Positions 46,716-56,614 of a DNA stretch of 64,000 nucleotides are shown piece after piece (position 1 is the first letter of the stretch; each line of letters starts with the position of its first letter). The notes under the pieces were generated by a model that was given only the letters and a program-made list of their open reading frames with translations, had not been told where the DNA came from and made no database searches. A program made the translations under genes and the position numbers. This DNA is from an uncultured bacterium (lineage in GTDB: Bacteria; Abyssobacteria; SURF-5), in contig CAZSKP010000006.1 of NCBI GenBank assembly GCA_964607485.1, positions 75,344 to 139,343 on the forward strand, read 5' to 3'.

Positions 46716-47939
46716 TCACTGGACGATACGGTTGATGTCGAATATCGGCAGCAGCACCGCCAGCACGATGAATCCCACCGCCGCCGCCATGACCACTATC
46801 ATCGTCGGCTCGAGCAGCGACACGATGCCCAAAAGCGTCGTGTCCACTTCGTCGTCGAATGTGTCGGCCACCTTGATGAGCATGTCTTCGAGCTGGCCGC
46901 TGCGTTCGCCGAGCGCTATCATGTGGGTCACGACCGGCGGAAACACGGTGCTTCGCTTCAATGACACGGCAAGGTCGTCGCCCTTGCGCACGCTCTCCTG
47001 CGCCTCATCTATCGCGCGGGCGATGATCCGGTTGTTGACGATGCTCTTCACGATTTCGAGTGAATCCAAAAGGTTGACGCCGCTCTGCGTGAGCGTGCCG
47101 AGCGTGCGAGCGAATCGAGCGACGGCCATCTTGCGGTTCAGCTTCCCGAAGACGGGAAGCACGAGCTTGATCCTGTCCCACGCCGTTCCGCCCGCCTCTG
47201 TCTTCAGGTAGCGGTTTATCGCGAGCAAGCCGAGCGCCGCTATGATAAAGATTACCAGCCAGTAGTGGCGCATGAAAGCTGACACGTTGATGAGAACGAC
47301 GGTCGGCGTCGGCAACGCTCGGTTGACCTGCATGAATATTTTCGTGATGGTGGGGATGATGTAGGTCATCAGAAAGAACAGCACGCCGAAGCCCACCACC
47401 GTCATGAGCGATGGATAGAGCATGGCCGAGGTCACCCGTCGTCGGAGCGCGAGCTGTTTTTCCATGTAGTCGGCCAGTCGGAACAGCACGATCTCGATCG
47501 CCCCCGACGATTCACCCGCCTTGACCATGTTCACGTATAACTGGGGAAAATAGCGCCGATGCTGTGCGAGCGCCGCCGAGAGAGAGGCCCCTTCGCTGAT
47601 CGTTTCTTTTATCTGATATACGATCTTCACCAGGCCCTTGTTGTCTATCTGTTCGAGCACGGCGTTGAGCGCCTCGACGAGAGGCATCCCCGCCTGCAGG
47701 AGCACGGCGAGCTGGCGGGTGAACAGGGCGATGTCAGGCGTCTTGGGCCGGGAGAGAATTTCGGACAGGACTATCTCGCGCGCGGGCTTCGCCGCGCCGC
47801 GCGTTGTCTCGCCGACCTGAACGGGCATGAGGCCCATCTCGCGCAGCTTTGCGCGTGCGGCCAGCGCGCTGTCGGCGTCGAGCACACCCTTTACCCGCTT
47901 GCTGGCGTCGTTTATCGCGATGTATTCAAAGACGGGCAT
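46716..47939 (-). CDS. gspF: Type II secretion inner membrane platform F
   Basis: MPVFEY, FTRQLAVLL, AGESSG, MLYP, GERSGQL, LLEP. Confidence 0.95.
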   Translation of the reverse strand: MPVFEYIAINDASKRVKGVLDADSALAARAKLREMGLMPVQVGETTRGAAKPAREIVLSEILSRPKTPDIALFTRQLAVLLQAGMPLVEALNAVLEQIDNKGLVKIVYQIKETISEGASLSAALAQHRRYFPQLYVNMVKAGESSGAIEIVLFRLADYMEKQLALRRRVTSAMLYPSLMTVVGFGVLFFLMTYIIPTITKIFMQVNRALPTPTVVLINVSAFMRHYWLVIFIIAALGLLAINRYLKTEAGGTAWDRIKLVLPVFGKLNRKMAVARFARTLGTLTQSGVNLLDSLEIVKSIVNNRIIARAIDEAQESVRKGDDLAVSLKRSTVFPPVVTHMIALGERSGQLEDMLIKVADTFDDEVDTTLLGIVSLLEPTMIVVMAAAVGFIVLAVLLPIFDINRIVQ

Positions 47940-48109
47940 TGGAAGCGTTATTGCAGCGTGGTCCCCTTCAGGAACGATGTCGCCCAAAAATCACGGGAGC
48001 AGCCACAACCGGTTGAAAAAAAATGGTTATGAGTCCGCTCCCTTTCCCCGGGCAATAACGGATTGGGTTTCGGGTCCAAGCGTTTTCCTTTTCGCCTTTT
48101 CCCCCTTTT

Positions 48110-49825
48110 CTAAACAATGTCTTCGCGGGTAACCCGCATCACTTCCTCTACGGTGGTGACACCCGCAACCGCCTTCGCGGCTCCATCTTCACGGAGCGTA
48201 ATCATCCCGTTTTTCGTGATGGCCTCCCGCTTTATCGCATTCGAATCCACATTTCCCAGTATGCGGTTCTGAATGTTCTCGCGAACGAGCAGCAGCTCGA
48301 AGATTCCCGTGCGTCCGCGGTATCCTCGGCCCACACAGTCGGCGCATCCGCCGCCTCGCCACAGTGCGGCGTCCCGGAGCCGTTTCCTCTCTATCCCTAT
48401 GTTCTCGAGCTCGAGAGCGTCGGGTTCGTAAGAGGTCTTGCAGGCGGGGCAAACGGTGCGCACCAGCCGCTGGGCGAGCACGGCCACGACCGACGATGAG
48501 ACGAGGAACGGCTCGATTCCCATGTTCAACAGCCGCGTGATGGCGCCGGCCGCGTCGTTCGTGTGAAGTGTGCTGAAGACGAGATGGCCGGTGAGCGACG
48601 CCTGTATGGCCATCTCGGCGGTTTCGATGTCCCGGATTTCTCCGACCAGTATTATGTCGGGGTCCTGCCGGAGAATGGACCGGAGGCCGTTGGCGAACGT
48701 GAGGTCGATCTTCGGCTTGACCTGTATCTGCGCGATGCCGTCCATCATGTACTCGATGGGGTCCTCGACGGTGATGATGTTTTTTTCCAGCGAATTCAAC
48801 CGATTCAGCGCGGCGTACTGCGTGGTCGTCTTGCCGCTGCCCGTTGGCCCGGTCATCAGTATGATGCCGTGTGAACATTCCAGGAGGCGCTCGAATTGGC
48901 TCAGGTTCTCCATGTTGAGCCCCAGCTCCTCCAGCGAGAAGAGGAAGACGCCCTTATCGAGCAGCCGCATCACGACCCTCTCGCCGAAGGCGGTGGGCAC
49001 GATCGAGACGCGGATGTCGATCTCGCGGCCCGTGAGCATGATTTTTATGCGGCCGTCCTGCGGGAGGCGCCGCTCGGCTATGTTCAGGTTGGCCATTATC
49101 TTTATCCGGGACACGATGGCCGCGTGGTACGACCGGGGCGGGCTGAGTATCTGGTAGAGAACCCCGTCGATACGATACCGCACCCGCAGGTCCTTCTCAT
49201 ACGGTTCTATATGGATGTCGCTCGCCCTTTCCTTCACCGCCTGCGAGATGATGACGTTGACAAGCTTGATGATGGGCGCCTCGTTGGCGAGGTCGAGCAG
49301 GTCGCGGCGTTCTTCGAGGGCTTCGGTCGTGAGCAGGCCCATGTCCTCTTCGTCCATGTCCATTATGACCTGAGCCGCCGAATGGTTCTGGAGGTCGAAA
49401 TAGTGGGTGATGATGCGCTCGATCTCCTCGAACGGACATATCATCACGCTCATCGGCATTCCGAGCAGCAGCTTGAGATCGTCCACGGGCGCCAAGTTGA
49501 ACGGGTCGTGCACGGCGACCAGGCACCCATTCTCTTCTTCGCAGATGGGCACGACGTGGTTTTCCTTGATGAATGAGAGAGGGACCTTTGAGAGAATGCC
49601 GGGATTCACCTGGACGTCGATTCTGGGCCGATAGGGGATGTCGAGAAACTCGCCGACGGCGCTCAGGTACCGGTCCTCCGACAGATGGCCGCTCTGCACG
49701 ACGGCATCGAAAAAGCTCAGACTCTTTTCGTCCTGCGCCTGCAAGATATCGCCGAGCTGTTCGCGCGAGAGATACCCGTTCTGAATGAGGAAACTTCCGA
49801 TTGCCTTTCCCGTGGCGGTCGTCAC
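48110..49825 (-). CDS. gspE: Type II secretion ATPase E
   Basis: [34 protein letters not shown]; located between gspD and gspF. Confidence 0.95.
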   Translation of the reverse strand: MTTATGKAIGSFLIQNGYLSREQLGDILQAQDEKSLSFFDAVVQSGHLSEDRYLSAVGEFLDIPYRPRIDVQVNPGILSKVPLSFIKENHVVPICEEENGCLVAVHDPFNLAPVDDLKLLLGMPMSVMICPFEEIERIITHYFDLQNHSAAQVIMDMDEEDMGLLTTEALEERRDLLDLANEAPIIKLVNVIISQAVKERASDIHIEPYEKDLRVRYRIDGVLYQILSPPRSYHAAIVSRIKIMANLNIAERRLPQDGRIKIMLTGREIDIRVSIVPTAFGERVVMRLLDKGVFLFSLEELGLNMENLSQFERLLECSHGIILMTGPTGSGKTTTQYAALNRLNSLEKNIITVEDPIEYMMDGIAQIQVKPKIDLTFANGLRSILRQDPDIILVGEIRDIETAEMAIQASLTGHLVFSTLHTNDAAGAITRLLNMGIEPFLVSSSVVAVLAQRLVRTVCPACKTSYEPDALELENIGIERKRLRDAALWRGGGCADCVGRGYRGRTGIFELLLVRENIQNRILGNVDSNAIKREAITKNGMITLREDGAAKAVAGVTTVEEVMRVTREDIV

Positions 49826-51942
49826 TTCGGTCCGGCCTCCTGCAGCGATTCATCCATGAGCGTGGCGCTGTCGCCGAAGGTCTTGCTGCGCCTCATGATG
49901 GGTGAACCTTCCATCTGTTTGTAGAGTTGGTCGCCTGCCTCGTTCCTCTTCTCGAGGGTCAGGTCTCTGGCTTCGGCCACGTTGGCCACTATGCTCGGCG
50001 TGATGAAAATCAACAGGTTCGTCTTCCTGCGCGTGTTCGATTTGCTCTTGAAAGCCCATCCGAGGATGGGAATGTCGCCCAGGAAGGGAACCTTGTTTAT
50101 CGTCACGTTGTCGGTGTCCTGCATCAGCCCCCCGAGCACGAGCGTATTTTGGTCCTTGACCATGAGGGTCGTCTGGGCCTCGCGTTTGAACTCTGAGAGA
50201 ACCTTGCCTGTTGTTCCGCCTGCGTCCACGGTGCTCACGTCGTTGACCTTCTGCACGATTTCCAGCCGCACCATACGCTCGGGACTGATATGAGGAGTTA
50301 TCTCAAGAATAATTCCTACGTCGCGGAATTCGAACGTCTCGCTCGTAGCCAGGGCGGTAGTCCCGCCGGTGTCCGTAAGCCTTTGAGTGATAAAGGGCAC
50401 GTTCTGCGATACGTTTATCACCGCCTGCTCGTTGTCGAGCGTGAGCACGTGGGGCGCGGAGAGAATATTAAAATCGGAATTGGTTTCCGATGCGTTGAGT
50501 TCGACGAACGCCTTCAGAAGACCGGCGTCTATGTTGAGATATCCCACCGAGATGCCGGCAGGCGTAGCGCCCAGAACCGCGCCGCCCAGGTCATCGAACC
50601 CAACCGCCGCGGTGGAGGTGCTGAGGTTGCCGACAATCGAGCCGCCGCTCGACTGCTGATTCACTGCCGCAAAGCCATGGTCTTCGCCTCGCGGGTTTGC
50701 CACCTGCCACCTTATGCCGAGGTCGCGGGTGAAGTCGAGACTGACTTCCGCGATCAACGTTTCCACCAGCACCTGCGGCCGCAATATATCGAGTTGCTCG
50801 ATGACCCTGCTCAGAACGGTGTAATCCTGGGGCGTCGCGGTAATGATGAGAGAATTGGTGGTCTTGTCGGCGACGACCGAGACCTCCTTATAAAACGTGC
50901 GCACACCCGAGACCGCAGCCGCTGCCGCCGTCGCACCCCCCTGCGCGCCCGCGGGAGTGGTGGTCGCGGCGAGGCTCGTCAGCACGGCGGCCACGTCTTC
51001 GGCCAGCGCGTTTTGCAGCCGATACACGTGAATGTTGTTGGCCTCGACGGGCGTTGTCTTGTCGAGCTCGCGGACAAGGAACCGCACCTGTTCCGTGTCG
51101 AATTCGTTCGCCACGATTATGAGAGAGTTTGTGCGCAAGTCGGGGATAATCTTTACCTGTGCGCTGGAGGTGCCCGCGAGCGCCGGCTGAGTAGGAGTTA
51201 TTCGCCTTCGAGTGCGTGCAACGGGAACGCCGGGCGTGGTGGCAGTGCTGGGTTCGAGCGCCTGCAGTATCTCCTGCGCCAGTATGTCGGCCTGCGCGTT
51301 GACAAGCGGAATTATCGTGATGGTCTCCTCGAAGCCCGGGACGTCTATTTCCTTGACTATTTCAAGCAGCCGCTTGATGTTGGAAGAGGTTTCGGTAATG
51401 ATGATGGTGTTGGTATTGGGGTAAGCTGCGATGTTCGCGTCGCGGGAGATGAGCGGGGTGAAAATGCTCACGAGCGCCTGCGCGTCGGAATACTTTATGG
51501 GTATCAACTGCGTGATAATCTGGTCGCCTCCGTGGACCTTCGAGGCCTCGCGCCCGGGGACAACGGGGATGCTCTTCTGGGTGGCGGTCCTGCTGGGCAC
51601 CACTTTGACGACATTGCCGAGCGGCACCAGCGAGAACCCGTTGAGCTCGAGAATGGACTGGAAAATGCCGTATGCCTCCTCCTTGGGCACGCGCTTCGGC
51701 GCTATGACCGTGACGTTTCCCTTCACCGCCGGGTCGATGATGAAGTTCTTGCCGGTCACCCGGCTGATCACATCGATAACCTCCATGATGGGTGCGTTAT
51801 CGAAATTGATGGATATCTCGTTGTTCTCTTCGTTGGCGCCCGGACGAGAGGGCCTCACTTGCTGGGCAGTCGCGCCGGACCCGGGACCCAGAGCCAGGCC
51901 GAGAGCGAGCGCCGCTGCCATGATGATGCGATAATTACCCAT
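49822..51942 (-). CDS. gspD: Type II secretion secretin D
   Basis: Signal peptide, INFDNA, TGKNFIIDP, N-domain repeats, QVLVETLIAEV, KVPFLGDIPILG. Confidence 0.95.
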   Translation of the reverse strand: MGNYRIIMAAALALGLALGPGSGATAQQVRPSRPGANEENNEISINFDNAPIMEVIDVISRVTGKNFIIDPAVKGNVTVIAPKRVPKEEAYGIFQSILELNGFSLVPLGNVVKVVPSRTATQKSIPVVPGREASKVHGGDQIITQLIPIKYSDAQALVSIFTPLISRDANIAAYPNTNTIIITETSSNIKRLLEIVKEIDVPGFEETITIIPLVNAQADILAQEILQALEPSTATTPGVPVARTRRRITPTQPALAGTSSAQVKIIPDLRTNSLIIVANEFDTEQVRFLVRELDKTTPVEANNIHVYRLQNALAEDVAAVLTSLAATTTPAGAQGGATAAAAAVSGVRTFYKEVSVVADKTTNSLIITATPQDYTVLSRVIEQLDILRPQVLVETLIAEVSLDFTRDLGIRWQVANPRGEDHGFAAVNQQSSGGSIVGNLSTSTAAVGFDDLGGAVLGATPAGISVGYLNIDAGLLKAFVELNASETNSDFNILSAPHVLTLDNEQAVINVSQNVPFITQRLTDTGGTTALATSETFEFRDVGIILEITPHISPERMVRLEIVQKVNDVSTVDAGGTTGKVLSEFKREAQTTLMVKDQNTLVLGGLMQDTDNVTINKVPFLGDIPILGWAFKSKSNTRRKTNLLIFITPSIVANVAEARDLTLEKRNEAGDQLYKQMEGSPIMRRSKTFGDSATLMDESLQEAGPK

Positions 51943-51998
51943 CCGATAAGTTCTCCCGTCGCGCTATGCGCCGTTTGCTGAGTATGCTCGGTTTCCCG

Positions 51999-52925
51999 CT
52001 AGCGGATCTTGTACACGAGCGTTCTGTGACGGCCGTCGCGCTCGATGACCACGCGTATCTCGGGCGCGTTCTGGAGGCGGTCTTTGAGCTCGAGTACGTC
52101 ATTCAGAGAGTTGATGCGCACACCGTTGACGCTCTTGACTATGTCGCCCGACCGGATGCCCGATTGCTCGACAAGAGGTCCCGACCCGACCGCGTCGATG
52201 CTGACGCCGGCCGGTTTGTTTTCCACAACGTTCGGACTCGTGCGAAATTCGTTCAAAAGCTGGCCCGGATTGTTGCTTACCTCATCCATCAGCTTTGCCC
52301 GGTTGATATATCGCAGATTCTCGTTGACGACGCGGATCGAGGTGTCGAAGGCCGAAGAGGAACGGGCCGGAGCCCGGAATACGGATTGCCGCCTGTCGAA
52401 CGGCAAGGGCGAACTGGCCGCGAAGGGACTCTCATCCGTAAACGACATCGCCAGCACCTCGCGCCTGCCCGCCCTCGATATTACGACCTCCCACTCGCGT
52501 ATCTCTTCCACTTTTGCGTCGGCAACGATAAAATCCCCGGGCGCATAGGTGCCTTCGGTCCTTCTTCTCTTGTCACGGATGATCGCAAAGCTCAGGTCGG
52601 GCTCATATGACGCAACGCATCCCAGCAGCTCCAGCTCGAGCGTGGTCTCGGGCAACTGTTCCTCTATCACCCTCTTGGCTGCGACGTTCGATGAGGACAG
52701 CGCGCCGAATAGATTGCTCTCTCTGAGGGACGCATATTGTTCGTATGACCGGATTTTCGGATGGGTTCCGGCGATTCTTATGGAAGGTGAGTCGGTGAGC
52801 GGTTCGGGTTTCGACACCGGTGTCATGAACAGATATTGCATGGTTTTCACGAGGAAAAAGACGGCCACGGCCGTCAGGACCAGGTCGATCCCCCAGAAAC
52901 CGGCTTTAATCTGCTGGACTCTCAT
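51999..52925 (-). CDS. gspC: Type II secretion protein C with PDZ
   Basis: N-terminal TM, LELLG...FAII HR domain, GIRSGDIVKSVNG PDZ. Confidence 0.85.
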   Translation of the reverse strand: MRVQQIKAGFWGIDLVLTAVAVFFLVKTMQYLFMTPVSKPEPLTDSPSIRIAGTHPKIRSYEQYASLRESNLFGALSSSNVAAKRVIEEQLPETTLELELLGCVASYEPDLSFAIIRDKRRRTEGTYAPGDFIVADAKVEEIREWEVVISRAGRREVLAMSFTDESPFAASSPLPFDRRQSVFRAPARSSSAFDTSIRVVNENLRYINRAKLMDEVSNNPGQLLNEFRTSPNVVENKPAGVSIDAVGSGPLVEQSGIRSGDIVKSVNGVRINSLNDVLELKDRLQNAPEIRVVIERDGRHRTLVYKIR

Positions 52926-52966
52926 CGGCTAACACCACCGCTGGCAAAGGGAAAAGGCACTTTTTA

Positions 52967-52995
52967 ATTATAAACTCTGCCGGGAACAAAGTCAA
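52967..52995 (-). promoter_or_regulatory. Promoter of the gsp operon
   Basis: TTGACT, 17 nt, TATAAT on the minus strand. Confidence 0.75.
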
Positions 52996-53441
52996 TTGGC
53001 GGAGTTTTCTTTTTTCGCCCTCATTACCTTCTTTTCGTCGGGCAAGGACGGAAAAAGAAGCTAGGGGAGAGGAGCGGATGGAGGCGAATGAGAAGAGGAT
53101 ATCCGTGGACGCAGCCGCGCTGAAGTTCTTTGCCGAGGGTATCTTGGTATGTGTCATCGACGGCTTTCCTGCGGCGAAGCCGTTTGACGGGCACCCCGTG
53201 CCGGCCACAAGGGCATTAAACCACAGATGTCGTCTGTTGTCAACAAATTGCGATAGAATGGGGCGATAGCGGCGAGGCCGCACAATAGTTGAATATGCTG
53301 GCTGGTTTGTGGTATCCTTATACGTTGTGAAAAACGGCTGTTCTTGGCGCTAATCGCAGGAGGGCGTGGGCAATTCTCGTGTCCCCTGATGGCAGGGGAA
53401 GTGACGGGAATTGCCTTAGGACTGTCAAGGAGGAGGTCCGA

Positions 53442-54371
53442 ATGGGAAAGGTCACGATGGTCGGGGGCGGAAACGTCGGCGCCACTACTGTTCAGCATAT
53501 CGCACAGAGGGAAATGTGCGAAGAACTTGTCATGATAGACATCGTCGAGGGGCTGCCTCAGGGCAAGGGGCTCGACATGTGGGAGACGGCTCCCCTGCTG
53601 GGTTCGGACACGCGCGTGCAGGGCAGCAACGAGATGGCGGCCATGAAGGACTCGGACCTGGTCCTGATGACGGCTGGGCTCGCGCGCAAGCCCGGAATGT
53701 CGCGTTCCGACCTGCTCGACAAGAACGCCGCCATCATAAGGGGCATCGTTGAAGACATCGTGCGATATGCGCCGAAGGCGATAATCATGGTCGTCACAAA
53801 TCCGCTCGACGTGATGACATATCTCGCATATCGCGTCTCGGGCTTCGGCAGGGAACGCGTGTTCGGCATGGCCGGCGTGCTCGACTCGGCAAGGCTCCGC
53901 AGCTTTGTGGCGATGGAACTGGGAGTGTCGGTCAAGGACACCCAGGCGCTCGTTCTGGGCGGCCACGGCGATTCGATGGTACCGCTGCCCCGGTACACCA
54001 CGGTCGCGGGAATCCCCATAACGCAGCTCATGGACGAGGCCACCATATCGAGGATTGTCGAACGCACCCGCAAGGCCGGCGGCGAGATAGTGGGACTCCT
54101 AAAAACCGGAAGCGCGTACTACTCGCCCGGAGCCTCGCTCGCGGAGATGGTGGAGGCGGTGGTGAGAAACAAGAAACGTGTCCTTCCCTGCGCCGCGATT
54201 CTGGATGGAGAATACGGCCTCAGCGACGTGTGCGCGGGAGTACCGGCGCTGCTCGGGGCGAAGGGGATAGAAAAAATAATAGAAATCTCGCTCGAACCCT
54301 CCGAACTCGAGACACTAAAGAAGTCGGCCCAAGACGTGAGGAAAGACATCGACCGCCTGAACCTGCCATGA
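53442..54371 (+). CDS. mdh: Malate dehydrogenase (LDH-like)
   Basis: GGGNVG, GLARKPGMSRSDL, VTNPLD, GVLDSAR, LGGHGD. GGAGG SD. Confidence 0.95.
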   Translation: MGKVTMVGGGNVGATTVQHIAQREMCEELVMIDIVEGLPQGKGLDMWETAPLLGSDTRVQGSNEMAAMKDSDLVLMTAGLARKPGMSRSDLLDKNAAIIRGIVEDIVRYAPKAIIMVVTNPLDVMTYLAYRVSGFGRERVFGMAGVLDSARLRSFVAMELGVSVKDTQALVLGGHGDSMVPLPRYTTVAGIPITQLMDEATISRIVERTRKAGGEIVGLLKTGSAYYSPGASLAEMVEAVVRNKKRVLPCAAILDGEYGLSDVCAGVPALLGAKGIEKIIEISLEPSELETLKKSAQDVRKDIDRLNLP

Positions 54372-55525
54372 CCGTTACGCACACATCGACGACACTCCGC
54401 CCGACCAGGGCCATTGTGGACCTGGCCGCCATTGAGCACAACCTGACACGGATTCGCGGGTTGGTCGGCGAGGGGGTCAAGATTCTGGCCGTCGTCAAGG
54501 CCGACGCATACGGCCACGGCGCGGTCGAGGTCGCCCGCCTGTGCGCTCGCGCCGGAGCGACGATGCTCGGCGTGGCCACCGTCGAGGAAGGCGCGGAGCT
54601 GAGAAAAGCCGGCATCGGGCTCCCGATATTGTTGCAATGCTGCATAGGGGAGGCCGAGATAGAAGCGGCTCTCGAGAGCGGCCTCACCCTGACAGCGGCT
54701 TCTCGCGAGTTTGCAGCGAAACTCTCCGGAAAGGCGTCAAGCGCGGGAGTCACCGCAACGGTTCACGCCGACATAGACACCGGAATGGGACGAATCGGGT
54801 TTACGCCGGAGTCGGCCGTTGAGGAGATTGCCGAGGTCGCGAGCCTGCCCCACGTGAAACTCGATGGAATATACACGCACTTCTCGACGTCCGAAATCGA
54901 AAACGACCCTTTCACGCTGGGCCAATTGGAACTCTTCGGAAAGATAACTGAGGCGCTTTCCGCGCGGGGCGTCAGACCGCCCAGAATCCACGCGGCCAAC
55001 AGCGGCGCAATAATAAATTATCCCGCGTCACACCTGAGCATGGTGCGGCCCGGCCTCATCCTGTACGGAGCCTACCCTCACGAAAGCCTGAGGAGCAAGG
55101 TCGAACTGCGCGCGGCTCTCAAGTTCGAGACGTCGATAGTTTTCCTGAAGGACATCCCGGCCGGGACCCCGCTGGGATACGGGCGCACGTTCGTCGCCTC
55201 GAAGCGCTTGAGAATCGCGACGGCCGGTGTTGGATATGCGGATGGGTATCCCTGGCGGCTCTCAAGCAAGGCCAAGGCAATCGTCCGGGGAACGCTCGTG
55301 CCGGTGGTCGGAAGGGTGAGCATGGACCAATTACTGCTCGACGTCAGCCCCGTTCCCGACGCCGGACTCGGGGACACGGTCACGCTCCTGGGCGAAGACG
55401 GCTCCGAGCACATACGCGCCGAGGACCTGGCTGAATGGGCGGGCAGCATTCCGTATGAGATACTGTGCGGAATCAGCAAGAGGGTTCCCCGCCAATACAC
55501 GGGGGAGAAACAGGCGACGGCTTGA
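54368..55525 (+). CDS. alr: Alanine racemase
   Basis: AVVKADAYGHG, DTGMGRIG, HAANSG, MVRPG, GYADG, GRVSMDQ. Confidence 0.96.
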   Translation: MTVTHTSTTLRPTRAIVDLAAIEHNLTRIRGLVGEGVKILAVVKADAYGHGAVEVARLCARAGATMLGVATVEEGAELRKAGIGLPILLQCCIGEAEIEAALESGLTLTAASREFAAKLSGKASSAGVTATVHADIDTGMGRIGFTPESAVEEIAEVASLPHVKLDGIYTHFSTSEIENDPFTLGQLELFGKITEALSARGVRPPRIHAANSGAIINYPASHLSMVRPGLILYGAYPHESLRSKVELRAALKFETSIVFLKDIPAGTPLGYGRTFVASKRLRIATAGVGYADGYPWRLSSKAKAIVRGTLVPVVGRVSMDQLLLDVSPVPDAGLGDTVTLLGEDGSEHIRAEDLAEWAGSIPYEILCGISKRVPRQYTGEKQATA

Positions 55526-55629
55526 CCAATGCGGTCGCCGAGGTGCACAATAAAGAGGGGATAAACCCGCAAGCGATTCACTCTGTTTTGAGGAATCCTT
55601 GGGGAAAGGAAGGCGAAGAGACGACCCTG

Positions 55630-56589
55630 ATGAATGTTAAAGGACTGGAAAAAGCCTCAGAATCGATAAGCGCGCTCGAGAACAACATCGCCTCTGTCAT
55701 CTTCGGCAAGCACAAGGCCGTCCGGTTGGCCGTGGCGGCGTTGCTGGCGAAGGGGCACCTGCTGATAGAGGACGTGCCCGGCATCGGTAAGACGACGCTC
55801 GCCCGCGCTATCGCCAAATCGATCGACTGCACCTTTCAGCGGATACAGTTCACGAGCGACCTGCTGCCGTCGGACATAATCGGCGTGACAATCTACAACC
55901 AGCACACACACCAATTCGAGTTCAAGGCCGGCCCGATATTCGCCAACGTGATTCTCGCCGACGAGATAAACCGCACCACTCCGAAGACTCAGAGCTGTTT
56001 GCTCGAGGCCATGAACGAGTTGCAGGTGTCGGTCGACGGCGTCACGTACCGGCTGCCGGAGCCGTTTCTCGTGTTGGCAACACAGAATCCCGTGGAGTTT
56101 CACGGCACATATCCGCTTCCCGAGTCGCAGCTTGACAGGTTCATGCTCAAGGTGAGGATGGGATACCCGCCGAGCGAGGACGAGAAGAACATGATAACGG
56201 GCCAGCAGCTTACGGCCCCCGTCGATAACCTCGCGCCGGTTGTTCCCGCGGAAGACATCTGCGTGATGCAGAACATGGTCGCCGACGTGAGAGTCGAGGG
56301 TGCGCTCGTGGATTACCTCATGGCGATCATCGAGGCGACACGTCACTCGCCGTCTATCGAGCTGGGCGTCAGCCCCCGCGGCGCGATGAGTTTCTACAGG
56401 GCCGCCCAGGCGAACGCGCTCGTGATGGGACGCGACTACTGCATTCCCGACGACATAAAAGACCTGGCAATTCCCTGCCTTTCCCACCGAGTGATCCCCG
56501 CAACGAGGCTTGACGTGGAAGGCCCCCGCACCGAGGTGGCCGAACGAGCCATCGCCGAAATCTTGAATCGGACTCCTGTTCCGCTTTGA
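55630..56589 (+). CDS. moxR: MoxR family AAA+ ATPase
   Basis: EDVPGIGKT, RIQFTSDLLPSDI, DEINR, ATQNP, QLDRF. Confidence 0.95.
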   Translation: MNVKGLEKASESISALENNIASVIFGKHKAVRLAVAALLAKGHLLIEDVPGIGKTTLARAIAKSIDCTFQRIQFTSDLLPSDIIGVTIYNQHTHQFEFKAGPIFANVILADEINRTTPKTQSCLLEAMNELQVSVDGVTYRLPEPFLVLATQNPVEFHGTYPLPESQLDRFMLKVRMGYPPSEDEKNMITGQQLTAPVDNLAPVVPAEDICVMQNMVADVRVEGALVDYLMAIIEATRHSPSIELGVSPRGAMSFYRAAQANALVMGRDYCIPDDIKDLAIPCLSHRVIPATRLDVEGPRTEVAERAIAEILNRTPVPL

Positions 56590-56614
56590 GCCCCCGGAGG
56601 ACGAGGAATAAGAA

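Noticed and set aside
50290-51981. 563-aa plus-strand ORF (and similar long antisense ORFs over wecC, yfhO, polX and the ATPases)
   Set aside because: Lies opposite well-supported genes; shadow frames.
52996-53440. c-di-GMP riboswitch or ncRNA in the gspC/mdh divergent region
   Set aside because: Only short generic hairpins, upstream of the predicted gsp promoter; no consensus recognised.
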